DNA of 64,000 nt, from NCBI GenBank assembly GCA_030704615.1, contig CM060732.1, positions 69,626,001 to 69,690,000 of the forward strand. The letters run 5' to 3'. Below the pieces are notes generated by a model. That model searched no databases and was not told the origin of the DNA. It saw only the letters and a list, made by a program, of their open reading frames with translations. This DNA is from Takakia lepidozioides. Taxonomy: Eukaryota; Plantae; Bryophyta. Of the stretch, positions 49,201 to 61,692 are shown one piece after another; positions within the stretch are counted from its first letter, which is position 1; each line of letters opens with the position of its first letter. The translations under genes were made by a program, and so were the position numbers.

Positions 49201-52200
49201 CTCTCAGAAACAGTGCCTGTGTTTAAGAAAAATACATGTAAGAAAGTGAACCAACAATGGCTTCGGAAACAAAAATAGAGGACACAAATCACTCACTAGT
49301 AAGAGTGACTGCTCCTTTCATTGCAGACTGAAAAAGCAGAAATGTGCAAACAAATCTCTTGCTATTTGGAGGTTGCATGATGGAAACCTGTTCTTAAGTT
49401 TACCCTCCATTCATACCCATTGGTCACCAAAACGCCATCCACCAGAGGGTCCTCTGCCTCCTCTAGTGGAGTAGGGGTTACAGCCCTCTGTAGCCACTCA
49501 TGGTCAACAATATCCAGGACTGCCTGGGGGGCACGACACGAACGCACCACCACCTGTCGGGAAAAAAGAGAGAGAAGGGATTGATGCACAAGCTGTGCAG
49601 TATTATGTTGGTCTATGAACTCAAGGAGAAGAGAAATAAAGGTTACCCTTGTAAGCCATGATGCACATAGATGCCCTAGGTTCGTGTCCATGTACCCTGT
49701 GGGATATCATGTTGTTTGTTGGGTGACTGGAATTGATGGACTGCCATAGCTCTAACAATCAATGTTGTCACTTGTTGGGGACTGAGCTCTGGCCTCCCAC
49801 AAGGCAGTTAATGGCAACCTAAGGAGATGTTCAAGAGATACCTTGTAAGAGACACACAAGAGAGAGAGAGAGGGATGTAATCCTCTGATTTCACTTGCCA
49901 TGGCTTTGAGGTCATAGACCCTGCCCCTGGCTTGGGCAGACCAGGAAGGAAAGGTGAGAGGGGAGGGAGACAGCAGAATGGGCTACTACTATGACTGCCA
50001 GAGAGACAGAAGGGAAGAAAGAAAGAAAGACCCTGAAAAGCCCCAAATAAAGAGATCAGCCACCTCATCTCCACTCTCAAAAGCATTAATAGTGTGGAAC
50101 ACGTATCCCACGGAGATGTCAAACCACTTCATCGATTTGGTATCGCCAAAGCGGGGCATGATGCCAATCCGAGCATAGGAATTATGCTCAAATTTGATCA
50201 ATCTGCACAAACAATGGATAGATCAGAATTTACTAGACAGAGCAAGGGTTATGGTCGTTATGTCACTGTAGAACCATGACACTGATTTTGTGAAGGAAAC
50301 GAAATACAGCAGCGTACGTAATAAAACAACCTTGCAGTTTCCAGTACTATGCATAGTGCAGATTTGATATAGTGTAGAATCAGAGAGACAGGAGAAGAAC
50401 TGATAGAGAGATAGACGGGGAAATTAATATTGGGCAGTAAGAAGCAGGAAGAAGCATTGGTAGTCCCCATGGGACATGCTAATGATGTTGGGACGCTGAA
50501 GTGCACAAGATTGCCATGCAAATTCCTGCAGTACTTCCTCTAGCTTGGCACAGATCTGATTCATGTGGCCATTATTCAACAGTTGAACTGCTGAGCAAAG
50601 GGTACAGACACATTAGACATTTTTTGCTGTGGTATTGTGGCCCTAGACAGCTCATCCAGTTTGGACAGTAAAAGGTGGGGACCACAAGGAAGAATTAAGG
50701 AGAGAGAATGTACTCATAAGACGTTGTTTGCCGTAGCCTTGTGGCCATTGACCCTGCGCCCAGTTTGAGCGGAACAATTAAGGAGAGAGAGAGAGCTTGA
50801 AAGACTTACGATTCCCCTTTGATTACTCGTTGAGGGTCACACGTGAGTGGAAAGTCAAAAACAATATTGTAACTGCCACATCATCACCAGGTGGTAGAAG
50901 TCATCTGTTAGGAACAAAAAGTTGTGAATTGAAGCCTCCCAAACTAGGCTAGTGCTCAGTTACCCCCTGTTTGTGGGTCCAACTGCAATCAAGTTTCCTA
51001 ATCAAGCAGTAAGACATTCCAGAACTTACTTTGGCGTAATGGCTATATCATGAACGTAGAAGCATCTCTCCGTCTCCACATCCACCTTATGCACAAGCTT
51101 CCCTTCAGCTGCAGAATATCCAACACATTTGGAGGAAGAAACGGGTAAGACTGGGTATTTGGCAGACAGCTGTTAATTATGTCATGGGAAGATGAGAGAG
51201 AGAAAGAAAGACTGTCTGCAGGAGACACAAACAGACAGTCGGTCATATATATAAAATCACAGAAACCAAATGGAGAACCACAGCAGTCAGAGAACCAATT
51301 GGAAGCTCAACCATTTTTGATGGTGTGAGTGCCTCAAGCAGACAAGCCACTGCACAGCTAAAGGCCTCTTCTAGGGCGGATAATCTCTAAAAACACACTA
51401 GTACAGACCCCAGATCTTGTAGTGTACAGGGCACAAGAAGAATTGACACTTAGTCACCACTCTGCATGTGATGAACAGCCCTCCAAGCTTTCACAAGACT
51501 CGGGTCTAGATGAATGATGAGATCACACCCAGAGAGATCAAAAGAAATGTAACTTGAAGGCCCAAAGGACCCCAGTGAGACAGGAAAGACAGAATATGGA
51601 GTGAATTGGTACTTCTACTGTTCACGGAAAGCTCCAAAGAGCTTATGAGCAAGAGAGAAACAAGAAAGAGGAAGGGGCATTTAGTACACCTGAATAGACA
51701 CCAAAACCCAGGTGCGGCTTTTCCACATTGAAACCAAATACCACCATCTCTTGAGTTTCAGGGTCAATCTGCCACATAAATATCAAAATGTTGTCACAGT
51801 GCTGCACCCACGATTGATCAAATATGGTGGTTGTATCTCTCATGGTCATTGGACATATTCTAAAATATTCCAAGAGTTTCATTGCATCATTGAGCTCAAG
51901 TTGGTTATATAGCTTTCACCCAATTCTACAAAGACAAGTCATTTATCTTATAATTCACTGTCAAAAGACAGGTATCTTCTTCACTTTGTGGTGGGCTGAC
52001 TCACACTTAGGGACAATAACAAGGTCTGGGTATACATACAATGAATCAAAGAGTTCCAGAATGCAATAGGGAACCCACACAAGAAATGTACTAGCTTTCC
52101 TTCAGAAATTTATCAGTCCATTAAATGAATGTGGACAAATGTACTCACTTTAGGATGGGCAGTGAAAGGCAAGTTCCAGCTTCCTCCAAAGTCATATGTG

Positions 52201-54576
52201 CCAGCAGTCGTGAGGTCCCACAAGTGAATCTCAGTAGGCAAGTGCGCCTCAGAACACGCCAGTACTTTGCCACCATGATACACTACTGATGTGTTTGAAG
52301 TGCATTTGTTGGGTGTTCCGAACCGAATCTGTGCGGGTAATTGATGTACATATTCTGTGAGAGGTCTGCCTCTACTCCCCCTCAGCCCCCTACCATTTTT
52401 AAGGCAATCAAACTGAAACTGGAGGCATTCTAACCTGTAAGAGAAACCCCCCATCTCTCCTCTCCCCTTTCCTCATTCTTGCCAGTATCCTCTGCTATCA
52501 CAGTCCTCATGAACACTCAAAAGCCCATAATAACATAAACCAGGAACCCTCAAGGGATCTTGCAGAGAAGGTCTGAGGCTAGCAGGAAATGCAGTATGCT
52601 TTACCAGTGTCATATGTAGAGATGCAATAGTTACCTGGTTCAAAAGAGGATTCAAAAAATGACAGCTGCCTTCAACAGACATAGCTGGTAAGTACTCCTG
52701 CTTGCCACTTTCCTTTTCCAACTTGTAACCCTCGGTTTCCACGTACTTGTTGTTGTAAGACACACCATTTGAACCTGAGAATGATATTTTTCAATGCGGG
52801 GTTGTTGTTCTAGCTTGTTGAAGCAATTTGAGCAGAGATGTTCAACTGTATGAAAGTGATCAATCATGATCGAGCTCCTATTGTGCTCAAAAGCAAGTCC
52901 TGTCTTCTCTAGGTTGTACTCCCTCAAACAGATTGTAGAGGTGCTCAATCTTGTACAGGCATTGTATATGCAAATTATAAGGTCATGATCAATCTCAAAG
53001 TCAGGACATGATAAATTACCTCCAGCAAAGTAGGTTGCATGGAGCATGCCATCGCCTTCAAACAAGTGAAAAGCTGACTGACCAAATGGAGAGTCAAAAG
53101 AATATCCTCCAAACTGGGGATTGGCACCTGCATTCCATTACCATAGTAAGATTATGTTCGAACGCTGGACCCAACAGTTTCAAATCGAAAGCTGCAAAAC
53201 ATATACGATGGGACCCTGTAGATAGTTGTAAAGTAAATCTGAAACAACATCATCCTCTGTTGTCGTACGCCTTTTCTCAGATCTCGTCTCGTCTCCTACC
53301 AACCCTGTCTGCTTTTCTCCATATCCAAAACTTCACTTCTCTACCATAATAACCTAGATCGAGACATACAGGTATGCTATTTTCACGAGTAACATGTGGG
53401 CCCTAAACAAATCGACGATTTCTTGGGCGCAACATGCAATTCTGGTCTCACCATTTCGGACGAACACCCCAGCAGGGAAGTCATGTGGGATTGTCCCTTC
53501 AATTACATCCAGCTGTACTTGTCTCCCAAGTTCTTGGACAGGCCCGAAATTTTCCTACAGCGGACACATGCTCGATCAACATACATAGTCGTGCTACTAT
53601 CGGCCAGAAGTGTCTGTCTGATGTTGAATAAGTGCATAAAATCGATTCTCAGATAGTATAATTTACTTCATACTAATCACTTGAAATGCTGGCAGTGGTG
53701 GTGGCACAACTTCCTAGTACTTCCTAAATCGAACTTTCCAGGGGGACGAGGGTATATGGCAAGCCATTAGACATCTCTGTCTCCTTCATATCTGTAGTGA
53801 TCTGTACTACCGATCTTTGTGAAGAGAAATTTGCTGTACTTACCGTGAACCACTCACTTGGCTTGCCACGTTTGTAAAGGGCGTCCACAACAGGCTTCAG
53901 CAAGAGACGTCCCACAGCTGCTGTGGCAGTATTGGCCAAAGCCGCCACAAGATCCATATCCCTCTGCGAAGAACAAGCCAAGAAGTATGGTCAACTAAGC
54001 ATGAAATCCACACTAACTCGAGACGACAAAAATTATCACATACCTCCGTGAAAATCCTACAACTCGCAACCCAACAGGCTAACAATCTGTAGGGAGTCGA
54101 AACGCAGGATACCACTTTGCAGTTAGTTTAAAGACAAACTGTGCAGCGTGTCCTACAATCCTGACCTTCACTCCAACATCAGTCGCAGTTGCATGGCCAT
54201 AATCAAACGTCGGCTTCCTTTCATTGACCCTTGCTCTATTTGAGATAACTGCGTCCGTCGCGGACTCAGTGACAGATGCCCTGGCCGTTGACACCCGTTT
54301 GCGATTGATGTTGTGCACGGCCTGCTTCAGACTGGCAAACTTACTGTCTGTCAGAGTACCTATTTTGGAGGGACTCGGCATCAGTTTCAAGCCACTGTAA
54401 GGTCTGCTGCATGACCTTTTGTGTAGGTTAATTGGAGACACGATTTTTTCTCGTGGGAAGCTCAATCTCCTCGCCTTGCCCTGTACCTGGAGATTCCAAT
54501 CCGCTGCAGGGGAGTTGTGGACACCTGCCCATGTCGATGGGGTGCGGATGATATCATCTCGCATGATTTTCGCCAT
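46284..54576 (-). CDS. CCD: Carotenoid cleavage dioxygenase, CCD-like clade (RPE65 family), ~15 exons, with N-terminal extension
   Basis: Spliced motifs ENFGPVQE..EGTIPHDFPAGVFVRNG, FEGDGMLHA, RFG..NKCTSNTSVV, FTAHPK, YVHDIAIT, ARIGIMPRFG..VFHTINAFE, EFPIIN, GEPAFVPRPGGTEEDDGWL, LPQRVPYGFHS*. All four Fe-binding His are present. GT-AG junctions keep the frame. Start at MAKIMRDD (54576) is tentative. Confidence 0.92.
46500..46760 (+). mobile_element. Degenerate LINE C-terminal zinc-finger remnant (RTE-X-like) in a CCD intron
   Basis: ..CNIDKVETENHFFFSCTAYY resembles the IETEEHFFFYCPVYY motif at ~6700. Confidence 0.55.
46883..47020 (+). mobile_element. 5'-truncated LINE copy (3' end), TC-tract-associated family
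   Basis: Ends ..GGCCACAAGGCTACGGCAAAC..TGAGTACAT. Imperfect TSD TCTCTCAT(A)TTAGCCAA at 46866-46882 and 47021-47036, preceded by a TC-rich tract. Confidence 0.8.
48267..49040 (-). mobile_element. 5'-truncated LINE (RTE-X-like C-terminus), 774 bp
   Basis: ORF 48273-48839 contains KFKLRAGSLPL..CPLCGQSEDSTHFLIHCP. 10-bp TSD CAGAGACAGA at 48257-48266 and 49041-49050, abutting a GA tract. The stop codon lies ~6 nt from the element 3' end. Confidence 0.85.
50708..50775 (-). mobile_element. 68-bp 5'-truncated copy of the same LINE
   Basis: Matches the 3' end of 48267-49040. Perfect 15-bp TSD AATTAAGGAGAGAGA at 50693-50707 and 50776-50790, continuing into a GA repeat. Confidence 0.85.
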
Positions 54577-55577
54577 GATGTCTCTTCGTGGGTCTTTGTT
54601 AGCTTGATATCTCAAGAAAGACCAAGGATCTCTCTCTTCGGTGAATCTTGAATGATGCAAGCTGTATCGTCCTAGGGGTCACTAAACCTGTGTAGACTCC
54701 GTAATCAGGTACTCTACTACAGATCTAACCACAATCTCTGTCCTGCATCTCTGCTCTTTTCTCTACGTCCTCAAAGATCTCCGTTCTAATTTCAAATGTG
54801 TCTTTCGTGGTCACCGCATTTGTGCGCGACCTCTATATCAGGAAGAGCTTGGGTTGTAACTACGTCCACCGGCTAGGCCTCTCTCTCCATCTGGACATGT
54901 ACAAGTGAGGGGGACAGAATCCTCCAAACCATCCCAATACCTGCAAACATTCGAGCCACATGATTCTGCGCACTACACATGTCATTCCCCGGTCCACAGT
55001 TAACTTCAAATTATTCTAGCCAAGTGGAACACTTTTTGTCTTCGGCCTCTCTTTAGCTGTAACAACCCTCAGGCACTGTGTGTGGTTCTCTGTCGCTCCA
55101 GACGAATTGCTTGCGCGCATCTTCCAAGACTGGAATCTTGTCGGTTTGTAGAAATGCGAGCGGGGGAGATTCTATAGGTACATAGACCTGTAGTCATAAC
55201 GGGTATATTGAAATACAGAGTTATACTCGTATATTGAAAGCCTTAGACGGGTTATGACAACAAAGAGGGCCACAAGACTTGCTTTCCATGCACACGGGTG
55301 GAATCTCTCGGAAGCCCACCCAGTTCCTGATTTCTTTCCCTGATCCTAAAGCCTAGGTATTAGGCCTTACACAGCTCACTAAAGCGCAGCAACAACAAAA
55401 CTGTATCAGATCTTACCTGATCCCATACATGTCTCTATATTGTCGGGCTGTGCGTGTGGTGCTATCCTGGATTGCATGTTACTATTTGCAGTGATGGCAG
55501 GAGACAAGTGAAAGTGAGGACATGGACATCCCACTTGTAACTTGCACTGCTGGTGTAATACAAAATTGTGTCGCGCC

Positions 55578-56232
55578 TTAACTAATCCCCAAACTAGTTG
55601 AGCCAACAGCAATGTCAAATGTCCTCGGCCGGTGTAAGTCGGGTGGCGGGTTCTTAGGCACAATGACGGTGAGTAGCCCATCCTGGCAAGCAGCAGAGAT
55701 GTTGTCCAGATTTGCATTGGCGGGAAGATTGAATTTCCTCATAAATTTCCCAGCGCTGCGCTCCACCCTCACGTACTTGATCTCAGTGTCTGTCACGAAA
55801 TCGTCGCGCTTGCGCTCCCCACTTATCTTCAGCACGTTGTCATTCTCCACTTGCACCTTTGAGAACACAAGGTGAATCATTTGTCATGTATTCAAGGAGT
55901 CTCTACGTCCTGGATTACGGCACTCAAGAGAGTCCACCGGTGTCTCTACCCCTCTACAGTACTTGTGTAAATTTTTCTTAGATCTATGCACATGTATCAT
56001 GGAGTTTACGTAGAACTTTCATTAATTTAATTACGTCTGCAGAGTCCGTATGGCACTGAATCATGAGTTAGAAATTATGCATGCGGTTCGGTTCCATCTG
56101 CAAAGTGAAGTCCTTAATTGACATCGTGGGCAAGCACAGTACCTTGATGTCGGTATGCTTGAGGCCAGGCATGTCTGCAACAAATACGTAGGAGCTAGGA
56201 AGCTCTTTGACATCTACAGCTGTACTGGCCAT
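55578..56232 (-). CDS. HSP20: Small heat-shock protein (HSP20/alpha-crystallin domain, cytosolic class II-like); N-terminal arm not found
   Basis: Exons 56232-56143 ([30 protein letters not shown]) and 55856-55578 ([53 protein letters not shown]..). A splice acceptor lies 9 nt upstream of this ATG (56242). Confidence 0.9.
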
Positions 56233-57177
56233 TTCTGCAACCTGCATGAGCCATGTATTATTTAGGCTTCAAGTCGAAAACATTCTATATGGCATAGAGT
56301 CTGTTTCTATCTCTCTTACGTAGGGAAAGACTTTCTCAAAGAAGGACTGTTAAGCTAGCTGTTCAGTCAAGATCATTCATAATTATGATCAAATCCATAT
56401 CCTTTGGTAGTACGGTAACTTACACCAGTTTGTCCAATAAATTTCCAGTGAATTTGTCATGGTCTCCTTTCAAGCTACGATTTAATACTAGTTAGACTTC
56501 CAGATGTACTTGAACCACCATTGCTTAAGAACTCAGAGGGCCTCCAAACAGAGCAGAGACACTTCAGGACTATAAAAGAGGCTGTGTGCACAACTCATTA
56601 GATTTGACACGCAGCAGTACGTGTACGTGAAAGGTCTCTGAAAGGTCTAACTACAATTGACATTACACTCTAGTGACCTTGGAAACTAAAGCAACAGTCC
56701 ACAGAGATCTGAGACAAATGGCAGGAAGAAGCAGTAATCGGGATCATGTACGTGCGGTCCAAGTAAATTGTTACAGTACCAGGTTTTATGTCAGTGGCAT
56801 ACACGTAGAGCAGCTCCCAGACGGTAAGAGATCAATCTGACTGTCTTGGAGAGCTTTACAAAACACAGGGTCCTGCTTATGCGCAATCTGCAGTCCCTAG
56901 CCCACTTTTGAAGTACTGGACAGTATTGTTCAATAAACCGACACGCAGGCCCACAGATCTGTGCCATCCCACAAGATACGACATCATCCCTCATGTGCAT
57001 CAGCCTGCTGCAGGGTCTATTAAGATTGTGTTGGTAAGCTCAAGTAGATCAGGAGGCAAAAAGTTGTCCATCTGGAACTGATCAGTTAGAAATGATCTGT
57101 GTTTTTGAAGTAGTGCTCACAGATATCTGTTTTGTCCAGTTCTAGATTTTTCTGACTTCAGATGTGGGCTGAGACTT

Positions 57178-57864
57178 TCATGCATATATCTTGGATGCTT
57201 TCCCAAGGAGATCTATGCAATGAGCACAGCTGGTACCCACCGGTTGTTGGGCACGGGTAATTAGAGAATCATCAACTGTGTGCCTGGGGTTGAAAGGGCA
57301 TGGCGCGTGGTTGCCTGGCCATCCCCAATCAATCCATGTCAAATCGCTGGGATAACCCTTGGAGACAGCTGAGTCGGGTGCCGAACGGTTCAGACTAGTA
57401 CGCTGATTTAGATGAATTGAGCCGGCAGAGACTGAACCTCTGGCCAAGCCTCTCGGAGGAATTGTAATTGGAGGAGCTGATCCTGCAGGGCGTGCTGAGT
57501 TTGTCGCTGAGCCTGGAGGAATTGTACTCAGAGAATCTGATATGATTCCTGCTGAGGCTCTTGCTAAGCCTGGAGGAACTGTATCTGGAGGAGCTGATCC
57601 TGCAGGCCTTGTGCCTGCAAGCACTAGGGTGTCTGGAGGGACGGATCCGGAAAGCATTGTACCGGCAGCCTGGAGCTCAGCAACAGCGCGCGTCAGAGCT
57701 GCTGCGTTCACAGGATGTGAACCTTCAATCTGATTTTGCGCGTAGGCGTTCATGCTGTAGAGATGGAGAGGGTCAAAGTGATGGTGGTGGCGAGGTCCAC
57801 ACAGGATGTGGCCCCTGTAACGCCTGCCGCCAGAGAAGAATCTGACATGGTACACCCTGTACAT
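57178..57864 (-). CDS. Orphan ORF (~228 aa from first ATG) with Pro/Ala/Gly/Ser-rich internal repeats
   Basis: Single 275-codon open frame (57178-58005) with repeated RPAGSAPP.T(V/I)PP.GLAR and a His run; upstream acceptor near 57977. No recognisable domain. Confidence 0.35.
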   Translation of the reverse strand: MYRVYHVRFFSGGRRYRGHILCGPRHHHHFDPLHLYSMNAYAQNQIEGSHPVNAAALTRAVAELQAAGTMLSGSVPPDTLVLAGTRPAGSAPPDTVPPGLARASAGIISDSLSTIPPGSATNSARPAGSAPPITIPPRGLARGSVSAGSIHLNQRTSLNRSAPDSAVSKGYPSDLTWIDWGWPGNHAPCPFNPRHTVDDSLITRAQQPVGTSCAHCIDLLGKASKIYA

Positions 57865-60209
57865 GTTTGACAAACGACGTGTCCAGTATGGAGAGCTTCT
57901 ACGGGACTCCTGTTTATATATGTAACAGGCACAGGTGCATATAACAGACTCTCCAGTGAAGAGACCAGCCCTACCCTGCACAAAGAGGAATGAAAAGTGA
58001 ATCAAGTGATTGGAACGACATTGCTGAGCTGCTGTCAGTATCTATTGAGGTGCCCGGCCCCGCAAGATCTCTGGACGTAGAAGTTTGTACGTGCACATGA
58101 GATCTCAGATACTATGGCCAGTGCCTTGAAATGCATACACCCGTCATCGTACACTAACTGAAATCGTGAATTCATGCTCTATAGATCAATTGCACTTGCT
58201 CAAGATAATTATAATATTGGGGAGACCGACTCTCTAGAGATATATTTAAGACCCCACTGCTTCATGGATAGGATGGAAAGGATTTGTTTGAAAGGGGTAG
58301 TCTGTTCAAAGTGCAGCTGTCCAGGTGTATATATGGATCACACTAGCTGGACGTGACGAATTTGGACACCATATTGCCATTGATCAACTGATATAGGAGC
58401 TATGGATTCATTTAGAAGAGTACCTCGTCTCAATTTGCCTTGAGCAGCCACCTTTCTTACTCTGGGACGGCAATGCGGTTCTCTGTTATTACCAGAAGGA
58501 TATTTTACACTCGATGTCTGATCTACCAGATTCAACGAAACTGCAAGGTATCATGGACGGTCAGCTCCGCCACCCCGTGCTCGCCCGGTCTTTTAGTGTT
58601 TTCCGACTAGCACTGCAACTTGCACACCTGAAAAACTTTTCTGTACCGTAATCTTTCCTCTCTTCGCCTTTCCTTTTCTCAAATTGTTGCAGGGTCTTCC
58701 TGAATAAGTCTCTGATGAATGCTAACTATTTTGAAATTTCCTGCTGACTCGAACCATTTGCCTGCACGGCTCAGGGTATTAAGTTGGACAACTCTCGACG
58801 GCCGCAGGGGCGAGGGCGAAGACCTCCATTGACGCTTAATTGTGAACTGTGACCATCTGGATTTTTTCTCCACTACTGAGATGATGGGACCGCATATGCA
58901 CACCGGAGAGAGCCAGAATTCGAAAATATAACTATCTAGTCACGGTGTAAAGGCTGCTAGACGAAGGAACTACAAGCACACCGAAGCGAAAACTCTACAT
59001 GAAACATTGAGTACCCGAGTCGGTCATACACCGACACTCCCATGAAACTTTCAACAGGGAAGAGAAAACGATCCCCTATATCATATTGCCAGAGGGAAGG
59101 AAACCCTTGATAAGAGCAGGGTGACTGCAAGATGCAGAATCGAAATACATATGTACAAACAGGCAAGCTAATTGCAATGCCGGCCTTTGCAGCCACCCCA
59201 AATCCACAACACTTTGAGGACGCCCCACGAAGACAAGGGAAAGGGAGGGCGGGGCGAGGCGGGGGCGGGAGCGGGAGCGCCAGGCGGTTAATCCCCCAGG
59301 AGACACGTGTTTGTTTTCCATTGCACAGACACAGAGTGGAGAAATGCTGAAAGTTGTCGCCGCTTCGGCCGAACGTGAAGCGGCACCGCCGGCCGCGCCG
59401 TGCACCTCATCCGAGCCGTCCGTCGTAGAGAGCACGTCAGTAATCTCAACCGTTCATAAACAAGCAATCGATCGGCGTCCACGACCTATCGAATCTGAGA
59501 AAATATATTATAAAACACGTCAATTTGGCACCACACGTACCATCTCGCTCTAATTTTTGCGTACTCCCGTCCAACTGAGATACCGTAATTATATTCCAGG
59601 ACCCACCACATATTAAATATGGCCAACATGAACCATGTACCCAAAATCACGCGTTGGGTACCCATGTTCATGTGCCCAGTCTATTATTCATCCAACAAAT
59701 GCGGAATCTCGTAATTAAATAATGCCTTGGGGCCAAAGTCGCCAAAGTCAAACTGAGTCCACATTCCATACTTTAAGAGTGTGGCCAGGTTTTTTCTGAT
59801 GCGGATGACGGTATGAAGTACTTCCATGAAGGTAATGTATTAGTCATTTGTTCGGTTCGGGCCTAGGTGGATTCAGGTAAGAAAAGAAATATAACATTTG
59901 CTAGAAGCATTTCTATCATTATATTTGAAAATAGAATAATCGGACTTTTGGCTTCTTGGACGATTTTAGTATAGAAGTGATTGATTGAAGTTTCTAAATT
60001 TGGAATTGACAACACTTAACTATATTATCGGGCCACCCGTTACCGTTAGCTCTGGTTGGGTTGCGGTAACCATCTGGTTAGTGGGGGCAAGTGGTAACGG
60101 TAGGGGTGAAGATACCCGGGAAGAATTGGTCAGAACGATACCGTGTTCGAGAGGGATGGTGTTTGAAGATGAAGATGGTGATCACTGATGATATGCGCTA
60201 GGAAATGAT

Positions 60210-60597
60210 GATGTTGTGAGCTTATTAATGTCTAGGAAGGAATCTGAGAGGAAGGATGTTAGTGATTCAAAGGCAGAGTAGTGAGAGGAACCTTTGCGAT
60301 GATGGAACCTTGTGGAAGATTATTAATCGCTAGGGAGGAATAAGGTCTGAAAAGGCTGGTGATGGGAGGACAGAGGAAGCTTTGGAAGAAGGAGACGGTG
60401 ATGTTGTGATTTTATTATTGTCTAGGAAGGAATCTGAGAGGAAAGATGTTAGTGATTCAAAGGCAGAGTAGTGAGAGGAACCTTTGTGCGCTCGAAAATG
60501 ATGGAACCTTGTGGAAGATTATTAATCGCTAGGGAGGAGTAACGTCCGAAAATGCTGGTGATGGGAGGACAGAAGCTTTGGAAGAAGGAGATGGTGA
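60210..60597. repeat. Tandem duplication of a ~190-bp purine-rich unit
   Basis: GATGTTGTGA..TCTAGGAAGGAATCTGAGAGG..CTTTGGAAGAAGGAGA(C/T)GGTG occurs at ~60210-60399 and ~60400-60597. Confidence 0.85.
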
Positions 60598-61692
60598 TCT
60601 CAGCCCTGTGAGATTTTCAGCGTCATTTCTCACCAAAGTGAAGATTGATGAGAACAGACCAGGTGGCTGAGGATAGGAGCAGCGCTGTGGCAGGGAAGCT
60701 CACGCGAGGAGGGGGAAATGAACTGAGCCATAGCTACTTCGAGGCGAGTGAGATGCATGACCTTTCCAGCGCGAGGGAGCTGCAGGTTGAGGAGTGTGAT
60801 GTGTCGGGAAGCCTTTCTCTCTCGAAGCAGTTGTCAATGAGGTACCGGATTGATCACACATCGCTCAGTTTCCCTGTGCATGAATTATGTGAGCTGTTGA
60901 AGCGGGAGTGAAGCATTTTGAGGTCAATTTACTCGAGTTCAATGATTCTCTGTCTCATGAATAAAGGTCATGCCTTGAGAGAGGAGATGGAATCTGGTGT
61001 GTAGTTTTATTCATCGTAGCATCTAGTTTTGTTTTCACTGGAGGGGGCATCCTGCACGTTTGATTCCATAATGTGATCTGCATGCAGTACACGCGGAGGG
61101 TTCTGCACACGTAAAGTAGAAAAGACATTTCATATAGCTGAGCGTTTAGATGAACCTGCAAACACATTGGCACAACGGTCCGATTTGGACCAAAGTATTT
61201 TGAACGCATCGGATGGCTTATTGAGTTTCAAGTTTGACCGGCCTCGTTACTTTTACTTAATAGTGCTTGGCTGCCTTGTGGCTTCAAGCTTTCAAGAATC
61301 CTTCGAGAGAGAGAGTCCACCACTGAGGTGAGAGCAGACGAGAGCAATGCCAGTGAGGGTGTAACTAAATGGGCGTGAAACCATCACACCTCTATAGTGC
61401 AGTATGTGATTTGCAAGGCATTGTCACTATACGATTGGTGTTTCATGTTCGCCAGGTGCTAGCATGCCTGCCTAGTTTCCACTGGATACTGTATGGTAAA
61501 GCCAGTTATTCCATCCGACTGCCAAGTAATTTACAGCACTGGCAGGTGCCTGTGTTTATCCGTCCCCTGTAGGTGGCATGGCTAGAAACCCATGAAGCTC
61601 CACCACTGTGATTAATCGGATGATGACTCCACTCTAATTTGGCATGTCACACTGGAGACAGGACATTACATACTGAAATTTTCCCGCTAATC

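Noticed and set aside
56012-56021. Heat-shock element AGAACTTTCA
   Set aside because: Only two nGAAn units, located inside the sHSP intron; expected by chance.
58735-58850. tRNA/SINE candidate (GGTTCGAGTC B-box on the - strand)
   Set aside because: No convincing A-box, cloverleaf or TSD.
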